NCBI GenBank assembly: GCA_964016885.1
Contig: OZ024743.1
Span: 348,316,001-348,380,000 of the forward strand
DNA: 64,000 nucleotides
Origin: Eledone cirrhosa
Taxonomy: Eukaryota
Reading direction: 5' to 3'
Part shown: positions 13,344-26,499 of the stretch, one piece after another
Numbering within the stretch: position 1 is the stretch's first letter
How the letters are laid out: each line of letters starts with the position of its first letter
Made by a program: the position numbers and the translations under genes
The notes under the pieces: model-generated
The model's input: the letters and a program-made list of their open reading frames with translations, nothing else
The model's database searches: none
What the model was told of the DNA's origin: nothing

Positions 13344-14751
13344 TCACGATCACCCCACTAACACACAGATGAATGACCAACAAGAAAATATATGACATGA
13401 GAAAGCGGATAAAAAGCGGGTAGCGGTATTTTGTTGTTGCTGAATATCAGAATGAATGGTATCATTTACAAAAGTCGGTGAGTAACTTAGCGGACACAAA
13501 GTGAAATTATATCCAATTCAAGGTGGTGTGTGAATCAAGATGAACGGGTGATTAAGGGCCGATTGCTATTCCAGCCCTTTTTTCTTTCTTTTATTTTTTA
13601 TTATGTTCAACTAATTTTTCATTTTCTTGCCTCTTTCAAGTCCCTCATATTCATATATCAACTTGTATATTTCAGTTTCTTTAAATTCTGTCAATTTTTA
13701 AAGGTATTTCGTCCCTTTTTTAATTTTTACAATGAAGGAGCCTACTACACTTAAAATAGTGTCTTACAAAATAAGACAACGAGGGAATTTCCACAAAACT
13801 GTTCGGCCTGTTAAGTTTATGAGCTAAATGTACCTGAAATTTCACTATAATCTTAAATAAAAAAGAATATATTGGACAGTGTAATATTTTGTACAAAAGT
13901 TACGGAATGATAGTGCTCGATTAGGTTGGTCTTGGAAAGAACAAGAGCAACACATTCTTACAGCATTTCAAGCAAAGCAAGTGTCTTGGTATTTAGTTCT
14001 GTATTGAAGCTTTACAATTGATGCCCCTCTCTCCCAGTTATACACGCCATTAGCCAAAACAAAATAATTTCAATATACTGTATTGTTAGTTGAAGAACAT
14101 GATTTTGACACTATCACTAGCCACACTGAGAAAATTATTAAGCCTACATCTTTCTCTACACTATCTCTTCTCATTCATAAATTCATAGATCCGCTCCACC
14201 GATTTGAATATTTCCGTAACGATGCCAAGCCGCAAAGATACTTCACAATTTGTTTAATAATCGCAGGAAATGTTAATATATTTCATTCAATTATACAATC
14301 ATGTTTGAATTGCAATTATTTATCATGAATGCACCCCTCTAAGACGTGCGCTTCGGGTTATATGTTATATATAAGTTTGATTGAATATTAGATTGTATGG
14401 CACATCTAAGGAGACGCTTATTTGCATAGTGTGCAAGATTGAAAGTGTGGGATTAGTTAGCAGTATCACTAACATAGCCCGATTAAGAATAACAACGAGT
14501 ATGGCAATGATATATATAACAAACATATATAGGGTTAATTTTAGATCAAACTCGTCCTATATGCCAATGAGCACATCCGTAGATGTAAAGTATGGCTTGG
14601 TTTTCCTTCAATACCATGTCATTAATCGTTACTGAAGATCGACAAAAATTCTTAAATACTAATATCTATGTTATTCGCGAATCCTATGCATGTTTATCAT
14701 CATTTCATATAATATTCATAAATATGCTGAAAAAAAAAATACATATATATA

Positions 14752-14798
14752 TGTGGGTTCAAAAATAAAAAGAATATTTCAAGTCCGATTTGTATTTC

Positions 14799-14890
<92 letters not shown>

Positions 14891-14937
14891 GAAATACAAA
14901 TCGGACTTGAAATATTCTTTTTATTTTTGAACCCACA
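14752..14937. repeat. 55-bp perfect inverted repeat enclosing a (TA)n spacer
   Basis: tgtgggttcaaaaataaaaagaatatttcaagtccg..aatt (TA)n aatt..cggacttgaaatattctttttatttttgaacccaca. Confidence 0.9.
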
Positions 14938-15080
14938 CATGGTTTGCTAACCGGAATGCCGAGAGTTCTCCACAATATATATATATATATATATATTTAT
15001 GAATTTATGTATGTACGTATGTATATACGAATGTTTGTGTGTATGTATGTGTGTCTGTAATGTATTATATATGTATATAT

Positions 15081-15123
<43 letters not shown>

Positions 15124-15258
15124 CACTACACACACATATATATATATATATATACATACACACATACATACATATATACATACGTACATACATACATATA
15201 AACATACATACATACTCCTATGTCTTTCAACATTTCTGTCATTTACAGATTCTAAGAA

Positions 15259-15300
<42 letters not shown>

Positions 15301-15832
15301 ATATTTTTATACGTATACATATATATTCCCAGTTATTTATCTAGCCCCCTAGATTTATTTATCTCTCTGTCTGACGGCCTGACTGTCAGATAGTCACCCA
15401 CTTCTACCATTATCTTTCTTTTTATGATTATTTGACCTTTCCCTGGCCACGAAATGAAAAAAAGTTTATTATATGTCATGATATCCTCAGAATTGTTTGA
15501 ACTCATTCGAGATCATTTATCAGATAAGCGTTCGGTTATTTGAATATAATCTCAACTTTGACCTGAGTCGAAACCTTTTAATTTAATTCCGTTCTTTGCT
15601 CAAAATGGCATATAAATATATAAACATAAAAGTGTGTTTACATATTAGTATATGTACGGTGGGGATGGGGTGGGGCATATAAACGAAACTAAGAAAGGAT
15701 AAGGGTATAACTAAATAACGCATTTACACAATAATTATCTACTTCCCTGTTCCTACACAGATGCACGCGCACACACAGACAGACACACATACACACACTA
15801 ACACACACATATATCACGGACAAAACACATAG

Positions 15833-15863
<31 letters not shown>

Positions 15864-16144
15864 GAAAGAGAGAGGGTGAGAGAGAGCAAGAGAGAGTGAG
15901 AGAGGGGGAAAGAGAGAGAAGGAGAGAGAAAGAGTAGTACAAAAACAAATTAGTGAAACTAGTTGTGAAACAACTTTATACCGAACAGGTCCTTTGGACT
16001 GAGTACTCCACCAACTTTGTCTTCTGTTTTTTAATATGTATTTATATATATATACACATATATATATACACATACATATACACAGACATATATATATATA
16101 TATATATATGTTTTGGAATTACTGCAGAATATCGTTCGATTTGT

Positions 16145-16377
16145 ATTGCAGAATATCGTTTGATTTGTCCAGGGCTGTTGTCTAACCTGATTAGTTTTTT
16201 CATTGTTTTGGAATTGTATGGCTGGGTCTACCTGCCGCATTTTTCAATTTGTCAAGCTGTCAAAACGTATGTTATTACTCTAAGGCCCGACCTTATTGAG
16301 TGCTTTGCTACTGCTTCCTAATTGTAGGTCGCTATGCTTGGCCGCAGCCAAAGCTTCGATTTTAGTAAGCTTCCACT

Positions 16378-16428
<51 letters not shown>

Positions 16429-16556
16429 CATACGTTTAGACAGCTTGACAAATTGAAAATTACGGCAGGTAGACCCAGCCATACAATTCCAAAACAACGA
16501 ACAAACTAATCAGGTTAGACAACAGACCTGGACAAATCGAACGATATTCTGCAATA
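16145..16556. repeat. About 130-bp inverted repeat around a (TA)n tract; related sequence at 48815-49010 and 54530-54645
   Basis: 16145-16274 is the reverse complement of 16426-16556. Confidence 0.8.
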
Positions 16557-16746
16557 CGTCCGATAAGTTTCTATGAATTCGAAATCATCAATCCAACTTA
16601 CGTAATGTGTAACCTTGTGGTATTCTATGATTGAACAGGGGATTCACGTCATCGACAGGTATTCCGTTCAACAGAATTGTCTAATTAAATTAATTAATTA
16701 ATTATTAGGTCTAGGAGATTCAAGTGGAAGCTTAGTAAAATCGAAG

Positions 16747-16796
<50 letters not shown>

Positions 16797-16817
16797 ATAT
16801 ATATATATATACACACT

Positions 16818-16879
<62 letters not shown>

Positions 16880-17055
16880 TATAATAGTTAACGATGTATC
16901 GTTTAAGGCAATCCAAATAAAGGTTACGTGTACTCTGTGTCGAGGATAGTTCTAACGTTCGGCATCGTTTGACTCAGCAAGAAGTTTACTTAGTTGTGGT
17001 GTTCGGGTGGCTGATTCCATATAGTTCCTAGGAGTATTAATAATAAAAGGGTGAA

Positions 17056-17303
17056 GATCGGCTGTAAAGTAGGGTTTATTCCATGGATTAACAAATGTTT
17101 AATTAGTCCGGTGTGTCTAAAAACCGCTGTCCGCTGTATGCCGAGGCACTCTATTTTAATTACAGTTTACACCCAACCAAATTTTCAAAATACAGTATTT
17201 TGAGAATTGATTGTGTGTAAACTCGCGGACAGCGGTTTTTAGAGAAACCGTACAAATGAAGCGTTTGTTAATCCTTGGAATAAAACCTACTGTACAGCCG
17301 ATC
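17056..17303. repeat. Diverged fold-back palindrome, related to 52075-52310
   Basis: gatcggctgta..aaaaaccgctgtccgc / gcggacagcggttttt..tacagccgatc. Confidence 0.75.
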
Positions 17304-17713
17304 CATATTATTCTTCATTCCTTAAGGCGGTATGCCGGTTGAGCTCTCTATGTTCTTACAGAGCAGAGTGTGATATAATATAAAACGAAACATCAGTGAT
17401 GCATCTGAACTCAATTTAATGTGTGTTACAATTGTTTCGCCGGCAGACAGCTCGAGACAAGATCATTGTGTGGATCTGTCTGATTCTGGATCTGCAGGTT
17501 CACGTGCCGAACGATACTCCAGTTATATATATATATATATGTTTTTCTTGGCGGTAATTTATTTCCTCATTTTTGAATCAGTTTGAGTATTTCTCTAGCA
17601 ACCTAACAGATACATACCTCAGACTAGCAACCTAACAGATACCTCAGGCACTGATGATGATTATCGCTAAATACTGATGTTGGTGAGATTATCAATATTA
17701 GTACTATTGGGAC

Positions 17714-17842
17714 ACCCTCTGATGAATTATAGGAGGCCACTTGAATATATATCTATTGATGGTATACAAGCTCCTACATAAATTGGTATAATTTCACCCA
17801 AATTGTAGGAATCCTATAATGAAACGAGACGTCCGTCTGGGA
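17714..17842 (+). ncRNA. Type I hammerhead ribozyme motif with long stem II (stem I partly degenerate)
   Basis: ccct-CTGATGA-attatagga..tcctataat-GAAA-cg(agacgtc)cg-TC-tggg. Confidence 0.65.
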
Positions 17843-18012
17843 AGAGATATATTCGCTATGTCTCATATGAAATAATACAGCCAATTTTCCACGCAATACT
17901 TTTAGTTAGCACCCCGAACGTTACATTAAGAATATACTCACTTATTTCCTAATGTTTGTTGAGTGAGTTGGAATTTAGCCGGAGTATCGCTAAAAAGCTT
18001 TCTCCAACAATG

Positions 18013-18078
<66 letters not shown>

Positions 18079-18384
18079 GACCTGTCACCGAAGAAACAAC
18101 ACGTGTTCGGCAGGCTCCCTGTATCAAGAAAAGTAAATCTTTTTCAGAGAAAATATTGCATTCTTCCAAATTTAATGGGTTTTTTAGGGCAACTTTCAAT
18201 GTTTTTACACGGTTTGCTATCTGAAGAGATCAGGCTTTTATGACTGAAAGTCTCAGCCAAATGTGTATATTGGTGTTCTAAATAAATCTATATCGGTATG
18301 AATATAGGGTCTCGCTGTATCATAATCGCTCAATGTACACTTGGCGCGAAAATATAAAAAAAAAAGAAAAACAGTTCACTCTAA

Positions 18385-18687
18385 TCTATATATATATAAA
18401 TCAGAGGATGTCTGTGTGTCTGTTTCCCTAAAACTCGAAAAGTAGCCAAGGGTTGTTTTTCAAACTTTACACGTGTAATAAATATGACCCCGGAAGTGTT
18501 TTGAGCAAAAAAAAATTTCAAATTATTCTGTCCTAGGGATCGAATTAGTGAAGTGACCAATGTCTCTACATAATGAGGGAGTTAGAGGGGAGAGAAAGAA
18601 ACGGTGAGGCGAAGTGACGAAGTGGCTTTTTTCTCCTCTTCCTCCTTCTCCCATTCGTCACAGCGTTTTTCGATAGAATGTAAGTTA

Positions 18688-18744
<57 letters not shown>

Positions 18745-18964
18745 AGAAAGAGACAGACTACAAGAGGGGGATAGCGGGAGGGGGAAAGAGAGTGAAAGAC
18801 GCTGTCTTTTGATACTGTCAAAGATACTTGACGTATAACTATTAACAAGTGTGCGTGTGTGAGCGTTCCAATAAGAGTAAAATCTATTAACATGTGAGTG
18901 TGTGTATGTGCACATATGCGTGTGTGAGTTTGCCATATGTATATGTGTCTGTATCTGTATACAC

Positions 18965-19002
<38 letters not shown>

Positions 19003-19680
19003 ACTATTATTATTATATATATTTATATACATGTGTATATGTCGTCTGCTTCCCTTATGAGTTAGCGATCTCTTTCTCTTTCTCTTAGTCTTTCTCTTAT
19101 TAGATAGTAACACAGATATGACGTCGCGCCTTCATAATATCTGTCTGTATGCCTGGTGTCTGCATTACGTCATTATGACACGATCAGTGTGTGTGTGTGT
19201 GTATTCTTATGCCAGGGAACGTCTTCACGAACCAAAGTATCGTCTTCCTGTTTTCAGATTGATTTTTTTTTAGTTTAAGAAGATCCCGTTAAGGTTGAAA
19301 ACAGCGATTCTTTGCTTAAACATTAATATGTTATTTTAATATAGATATTCGTGTACAGATATTTTTGCATACACAAAAACAAAATATAAACAAACAAGGC
19401 CAAAGATTACATCAATTAGTCTTAGTGTATGTACGTCATACTGCTTTCAGATAGAATATCCCGTTAAGGGTGAAAGCAGTGATTATTTGCTTAAACTTTA
19501 GTCTGTTATTTTAATATATATATATATATAATTATATATTTATGGACAGATATTTTTGCATACACAATAACAAAATATAAACAAACGTATTTATTTCACG
19601 AGGTTCGATAAGGATAAATATATATTAAATATATAAGAACCCTATAGCAAATCCCGAGCAACGCCGGGCCATTCTGTTAG
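18385..19680 (+). mobile_element. Non-autonomous Helitron-like element with nested insertions
   Basis: 5' TC(TA)n..gtctgtgtgtctgt start; 3' hairpin cccgagcaacgccggg (19653-19668) then TTAG; inserted between A and T. Confidence 0.6.
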
Positions 19681-19694
19681 TAAACTATATTTGT

Positions 19695-19865
19695 TTCTAC
19701 TGTTGGCACAAGGCCAGCAATTATCCCAGTGCAGTTTCGACCCCCGTAAGGATGAAATGAAACGTCAACCTCGGCGGGATTTGGACTCAGACCGTGAAAC
19801 GCCGTAATTCTGTGCTACAAATCATGGTGTCCAACCCTTTACTGATACTGCCAATCCACCGCACT
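19695..19865 (-). mobile_element. tRNA-derived SINE
   Basis: Reverse complement of the 44799-44975 family. Confidence 0.7.
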
Positions 19866-20017
19866 GATAATCGCTAATGTTATGGAAACAACATTTTTAA
19901 TATCTTGCAAATATATAACAAAGGACAAGCTGAATATATTAGTAATATACAGTCCTAATACAAATCCTACACAACGTTGTTTCAGGTCTATATATAGATG
20001 TATATGTATAAACAGAG

Positions 20018-20135
<118 letters not shown>

Positions 20136-20214
20136 GTGTATGTGTGCATGTGTGTGTGTGTGTGCGTATGTGTGTGTGTCTATGTGAGTGTGCGTGTAGA
20201 TGTATGTATACACT

Positions 20215-20294
<80 letters not shown>

Positions 20295-20559
20295 TATATA
20301 TAAATATATATATAGATGTAGATGAGGGTGTATACTAGTATTGTACCCGTTAAAAATAATGATGTATATAGAAAAGAATGTAATTGAAGAAACCAATGTT
20401 ATGAAAATATTTAATGCCAAATATCCTTCAGTATTTTGTTAACTGTACATGTGTTTGTGGAATACTCAGCGCGTTGCACGGTGAGATAATGAGCTGGCTG
20501 TTTCGTTTGTCAGATACCGGTAACACTCGTATTCTTTACCTATGGATGTCCCGCAACTT

Positions 20560-20750
20560 ATATCATCATCATCATCATCATCATCATCATCGTTTTACGT
20601 CCATCTTTCCACGCTATTATGCGTTAGCCGAATTGTTCCGTTGTGGGCAATGCTAGGTCAAGTGTCCATGTCTTGCTCATACAGAACTGATTTTGGCTTG
20701 GTTACTACAGCTGGATGCCCTTCCAAATGCCAATCTCATTTACAGTGAGT
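20560..20750 (-). mobile_element. RTE-related 3' end or SINE tail with a (GAT)n tail
   Basis: (CAT)n then cgttttacgtccatc..acagctggatgcccttcc..gccaa. Confidence 0.45.
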
Positions 20751-20926
20751 ACAGGTTAAGCGTACAAGACGACTTTACAGTGGGAGGGTGGGACTGGGGA
20801 TTATATATAGTGGTAGAACACTGGAAGGTAATATCCCTAGTGGTAGAGCACTCAGTTCATGGGCTGAGGATCCGCTAGGGTGAAACAATTGTTCTCGGTA
20901 TGGTGAACTAAGTGTTGTGTAACCGC

Positions 20927-20991
<65 letters not shown>

Positions 20992-21046
20992 TAAAAAATA
21001 ATGAATAAAACAATGAAACAGTTCCTTATATTAAACAAAAAAAGTT

Positions 21047-21194
21047 CATTATTTAACGATCGTTTCTGGGATATATATGTGTTAGAATTGGCATGTATAT
21101 TTAACAGATCTATGTACAAAATTATACAAAATTATACAAACTATCAAAATTAAATATACATACCAACTCATATATATGCCGTCTTCAGAAATAA
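21047..21194 (-). ncRNA. Type I hammerhead motif, same family as 30755-30909
   Basis: Reverse complement reads ttattt-CTGAAGA..GAAA-cgatcg-TT-aaataa. Confidence 0.75.
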
Positions 21195-21232
21195 CGGATT
21201 GGACACTACCGTAAACTTTTGGTAGATTTATC

Positions 21233-21268
<36 letters not shown>

Positions 21269-21321
21269 AAAAGAGTCAGGACCCCGACGGCTGGGCGCCG
21301 GCCGTTTCGACAGCTACATCC

Positions 21322-21456
<135 letters not shown>

Positions 21457-21599
21457 AGTGCGGGGAGGGGTCGCGAAAGAACAAATACCTAATACTACAA
21501 TAGAGATTAATATATTTCCTTTTTTAGGTGAAATACTCTGGACATTTTACTGTGTATTCGTAGGACCCTTGTCTTGACTGACGACCCATGAATTAAGTA

Positions 21600-21856
21600 T
21601 ATAACGCTGGAGCCACTTTTTTAACATAAAAACAGGTAGAATTCCCAAAACTAATCAGATCAGAGCAAACAACGCGGACACTCTATCTCAAAATTATTTT
21701 TGAAAAGCATTTAGAAATGCGCAACCGGTAAAAACTTAAAAACTTAAAACCACAACTGAATACTAACCCATACAATCACTAATACTCTTTTATTCCTAAT
21801 TAAACCATTTTTCAACTGTGAACAATTTGTCAGCATTTTCTATTCCGTTTACCAAT
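21600..21856 (+). repeat. Interspersed (TA)n-anchored repeat; further copies at 27529-27780(-), 28498-28751, 29040-29277, 35505-35710
   Basis: Shared ctctatctcaaaattatt..aatgcgcaaccggtaa..tttgtcagcattttct..tttaccaata(TA)n. Confidence 0.85.
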
Positions 21857-21865
21857 ATATATATA

Positions 21866-21956
<91 letters not shown>

Positions 21957-22087
21957 GCAAAAGTTATATTTAAATTGTTGGGATACAACAAGCAAATATT
22001 TTTATAACTGATATAAAGCACTCGACAAGTATTTGGAGTAGATATACGATATTAACAAATGGAAACTATATTTATAAAACCATATTT

Positions 22088-22150
22088 ATTTCATTATACA
22101 TATTTCAAGGATACCAAGTTAAATTATGGTGTGCTTTCATCAGACAAAAT
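22088..22150 (-). ncRNA. Type I hammerhead ribozyme motif (mirror copy)
   Basis: Reverse complement of 22235-22297. Confidence 0.75.
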
Positions 22151-22234
22151 ACAATATATACCAGTTTTATATATCCTGATGTCGTCCAAAAGTAATGGTC
22201 GTCAATGTTTATTTATAAAACTGGTATATATTGT

Positions 22235-22297
22235 ATTTTGTCTGATGAAAGCACACCATAATTTAACTTGGTATCCTTGAAATATGTATAATGAAAT
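22235..22297 (+). ncRNA. Type I hammerhead ribozyme motif
   Basis: attttgt-CTGATGA-aagcacacca..tggtatcctt-GAAA-tatgta-TA-atgaaat. Confidence 0.75.
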
Positions 22298-22337
22298 AAA
22301 TATGGTTTTATAAATATAGTTTCCAATTGTTAATATC

Positions 22338-22383
<46 letters not shown>

Positions 22384-22479
22384 GAATGTACATAGTCTCT
22401 ACAGTAGTCGATATTTATGATCACGGGCACTGTTCCTTCACACATAAACACGCACGCACACACACGCACTAATATACAC

Positions 22480-22541
<62 letters not shown>

Positions 22542-23805
22542 GACGGTACGGTTCTGTACAATTTAAATGGCAGAGGAGATGTACGAACTTGTTTGGTTCA
22601 TCGTTTAGTTACTGGCCCCTAAACAATAAATCCAGAGAAATGACCGTAACTGCTTGTAAACAAAAGCCCAGGGATTTAATTCGACGTTTTAAAAATATTG
22701 TCCATACATCCTTAATTCACATACATACAGGCATGCATATATGCATTATAGTACAGTTATGATAGCCCACACTAGCATTTACACAATTTAATTCATTACT
22801 CACAAAATCCAACAATTCTTTTATCTTCATGTACATATTTTTTTCGAAAATACAAATCTTGTCATGGTATTAAAATACACATAAAAGGTCTCCAAACAAA
22901 CATGCATACACACATGCACAAACATACATACATTAAAGTACACTGTTCGAGATAACAGATACAAATATTACTCAAATAAATGTACTCGCAAATGTTATTC
23001 GCTGGATCTTCATCGTGGTTTATCAATCTTGAAAGTATTTAGCATAGGCAATATATTAAAAGTTAATAAAACTACTCATGAATGAAATATCAACGATAAC
23101 ACGAACGGCATAGATAGCGATATAATATCCAATGCGCTAAACACTTATAAAAGTTCAGTGAATCTATACGAACTAAGAGTAAGACATTTTGTTTATAATT
23201 AAAAATGGCGCATATAATGTCAAATGATAAGTGTTTTTTACAATTAATGCGAAACTTAATTAGAATAATATATTGAGAAATTTCTTGTCATCCTCACTGT
23301 ATTATATATTTATTCATTTTACTATTTTTTTATATTCATTCCTGTTTCAATTAGATCCCATTTATATCTATCTATTTATATATTTATTTATTCATGTTTC
23401 TATTCATTTATTCTTCAAACAATGTATATATCCCTTATGTTGTCTCTTTATCTGTGAAAAGTTTTTTCTATTATCGTCACAATATCTCTGAGATTTACCC
23501 CTTCTCTCCCACTTAAGACAAGAAAAATGAATTTTAGTTCTTCTTTTTTCTAACATTCTAAGTACATAGTTAATTAAGAGTTTTAGGGCATTCTGTTTAA
23601 AGACTCTACACGTCTTAGCCCTTCCTTTCTAATACACAGATTCATCACTTTCTCTCAATGAGTCTATCATATCTATATGTCTTACACAAATCTCTATATG
23701 CTCATCATTTCTTATTGGCTCTATCCAAAAGTGTGTATGTTTATATATCTATATATGTGTGTGAGGGTGAGTGTATGTATGTATGTATGTATGTATGTAT
23801 GTATG

Positions 23806-24720
23806 TTTTCTCTTTCTCTTAATTTCGAGTATATTTTTTTGACCGGCCACCTTCCTGGTGGCAAGGTTGTAAAAGAAAAGAAATTGTCATCCCTTGAATC
23901 GCAAGAATGTTTTGCATATTTTGAAGGTGCCAGCTATCGCAGCCATTTGTAGACTATGAATTAGGGAGCTGCGCTTTTTGTCCGCAAATCCAAGTTCGGT
24001 CATACTTTGGTCCAAGCGGGTTGGTATATAACCCGTAGCACCAATAATGATGGGTATGAAGCTAAAGGTGTATCTTGGATACTGGATTTGTAAGCTCCTC
24101 ATCAATGGTCCGTAGATGTCCTCCTTCTCCTGTATTTTTCTGACAACGTTTACATCAAGTGGGCAGCTGATCTCCACAACAGAACACGTTTTCAATGTGT
24201 GGTCCCAAACTACAATATCAGGCCGGTTGTGCTTTAATTTGGTGGCAGTTTTTATTTTCAGGTTCCACCAGTATTCCTTAGTGCCATCTGTCTCAATATA
24301 TTCTTCCTCGTTTGTTGTTAATTTTGTTTTCCGAAGTGCGTTCCAGATAGTTCTAGCTATCCCATCGTGTCTCATGGGGAGGTAGTAGCGAGATGACATT
24401 CTTTCGCAGCTGGCAACAATGTGGCTTACATCCTCAATCTTTGTTTTACATAGCCTACATTTATTGTCAGCTGCTGGCCCTCCTCTTTTGTGCAGCAGAT
24501 ATTTGGTAGGGAGTTCTTGTTCCTGTATTGCATAGAGATATCCCTCAAGGTGTGATGTCATAAACTTGTCGGAACTCCATGCCAGGCTTTTTGAGTGGTT
24601 TATCCCCTCTATGGTCTGTGTTTTACGCCTCAAGTATCCATGCACAACTTTCTCTGTAAATTGGTCAATTTTTTTTTCTTGTTTGAACATTGAATAGGAT
24701 CTTCCGATTTCTCTGGAAAT
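23806..24720 (-). mobile_element. 5'-truncated R4-like RLE LINE inserted in (TACA)n
   Basis: HLEGYLYAIQEQEL, CRLCKTKIEDVSHIVASC, RHD, NRPDIVV..VEISCP, IPIIIGATG; (GTAT)n on both sides. Confidence 0.85.
23887..24720 (-). CDS. C-terminal CCHC plus restriction-like endonuclease fragment (the real part of predicted ORF 23887-25059)
   Basis: Motifs as above; the upstream part of the predicted ORF is microsatellite and unrelated DNA. Confidence 0.75.
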   Translation of the reverse strand: MSREIGRSYSMFKQEKKIDQFTEKVVHGYLRRKTQTIEGINHSKSLAWSSDKFMTSHLEGYLYAIQEQELPTKYLLHKRGGPAADNKCRLCKTKIEDVSHIVASCERMSSRYYLPMRHDGIARTIWNALRKTKLTTNEEEYIETDGTKEYWWNLKIKTATKLKHNRPDIVVWDHTLKTCSVVEISCPLDVNVVRKIQEKEDIYGPLMRSLQIQYPRYTFSFIPIIIGATGYIPTRLDQSMTELGFADKKRSSLIHSLQMAAIAGTFKICKTFLRFKG

Positions 24721-24837
24721 GTATGTATGTATGTATGTATGTATGTATGTATGTATGTATGTATGTATGTATGTATGTATGTATGTATGTATGTATGTTT
24801 GTATGTATGCATGTATGTTTGTATGTGTGTATGTATG

Positions 24838-24876
<39 letters not shown>

Positions 24877-25019
24877 ACCTTTCCCCACCTGCCTTCTATC
24901 TTTACACACGGCACTAGACAAGATTGTTTCTTCATCATAAACTCTCATCCGGGAACAGTTCTGTATGGCGCCGGTTCGTGATTTGAACTCGGGAATTTTA
25001 AATTCTCTGAGTGAGAACA

Positions 25020-25103
25020 ACCCTCTGACGAAAGTCTTCTTCTGAATAGATTTCCGCATGGGTTCTCCATTTATTTTGAGACTTGAAACCGCGCGGTAAG
25101 GGT
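25020..25103 (+). ncRNA. Type I hammerhead ribozyme with canonical core
   Basis: accct-CTGACGA-aagtct..agactt-GAAA-ccgcgcgg-TA-agggt; all three stems pair; GUA cleavage triplet. Confidence 0.85.
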
Positions 25104-25172
25104 AATTATAGCAGGTATAGTGAACTTTTTAAAATTTATTTAAAAACTTTTTCTTATTTGCTAAACCTTGAT

Positions 25173-25230
<58 letters not shown>

Positions 25231-25236
25231 GTAACA

Positions 25237-25274
<38 letters not shown>

Positions 25275-25318
25275 CATACATATATATATGCATATATGTA
25301 TATATATATATATATACA

Positions 25319-25426
<108 letters not shown>

Positions 25427-25445
25427 CATATATGTATTTATATAT

Positions 25446-25549
25446 ATATGAAAAAAGTTTGTCCTTCATCAGTGATCTTCCAACTATCATAGGCATTTCA
25501 TCGCTTTAAGTTGGAAGATCACTGATGAAGGACAAACTTTTTTCATATG
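25446..25549. repeat. 40-bp-arm hairpin with CTGATGA on both strands, between (TA)n tracts
   Basis: atatgaaaaaagtttgtccttcatcagtgatcttccaact / agttggaagatcactgatgaaggacaaacttttttcatat. Confidence 0.8.
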
Positions 25550-25595
25550 AAACCCATTTGCAACTCCGTAGCGCCCTTATTATCATATTTACACA

Positions 25596-25689
<94 letters not shown>

Positions 25690-26499
25690 GTATATAAATA
25701 AAGATAGATAGATAGATTCACAAACTTATAATCATATATCTAAACAACTTATGTATTGTTCCCTGATACGAAAGTGAGAATTAATTAGTGCATAATTTTG
25801 TTTTTCCTTTTATTTATTTATTTAACATTATATATTTAATTCTCTGCATTCAATACTACGTATACGGGGATGTCCTCGTTCAACAGAAACGATTGGCACT
25901 CTAGTTTAATTGAATATATATATATACATACACACTTACGTACATACGTTCACACTTACGTACATACCTGCATGCACGCAGAAATACATACATACACTCA
26001 TGCATGCTTGCATAAATGCATACATAGATATATACATATATACATATATACATACATACATTCATAGTTACATACATAGTGGAAAACATTTCGTGTCCGA
26101 GAACGGCTAATTTTTAGAACAAAAAAAAAAAAAATAGATATTGGCTTATCAACCAGGGAGTAACATACATGTCATACGTACCGCACCCAGCTATTAACGT
26201 ACATACACGTTGGTATACCTCACAGGTAAGAGTTTCTTTCGAACCCGCTTCTGGCAGCTATCTAACACCCCTCACTTATTTAGCTGCTCTCTTCGCTTCA
26301 GCATAAATTCTATGATTCTTTTTACATTCCTTAACAATGGTAGCGATCAGATTTCACCACTAGTTCTGTTTGTAGCAAAATGTTTCCATGTTTTTGTGTT
26401 AATGTTGACCTTCATTATATCTTTCAGGCAGGCTTTGAAACGTTTATATGGCTTGAATTGTGAGCCTTTGCCTTGCAATTTTTCTCCATACAAAACAGA

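Larger units (their letters stand above)
22043..22342. mobile_element. Fold-back palindrome carrying mirrored hammerheads
   Basis: Arms of about 125 bp around a spacer at 22170-22214; right end runs into (TA)n. Confidence 0.85.

Noticed and set aside
15465-15528. Minus-strand hammerhead-like motif (CTGATAA..GACA)
   Set aside because: Two core substitutions in a single copy; at best a dead relic.
18215-18260. CTGAAGA..GAAA motif; similar partial motifs at about 10945, 47100 and 49222
   Set aside because: Stem I or III cannot be paired convincingly.
24721-25059. N-terminal part of the 390-aa ORF 23887-25059
   Set aside because: Chance read-through across microsatellite and the antisense of the hammerhead island; only 23887-24720 is retroelement coding sequence.
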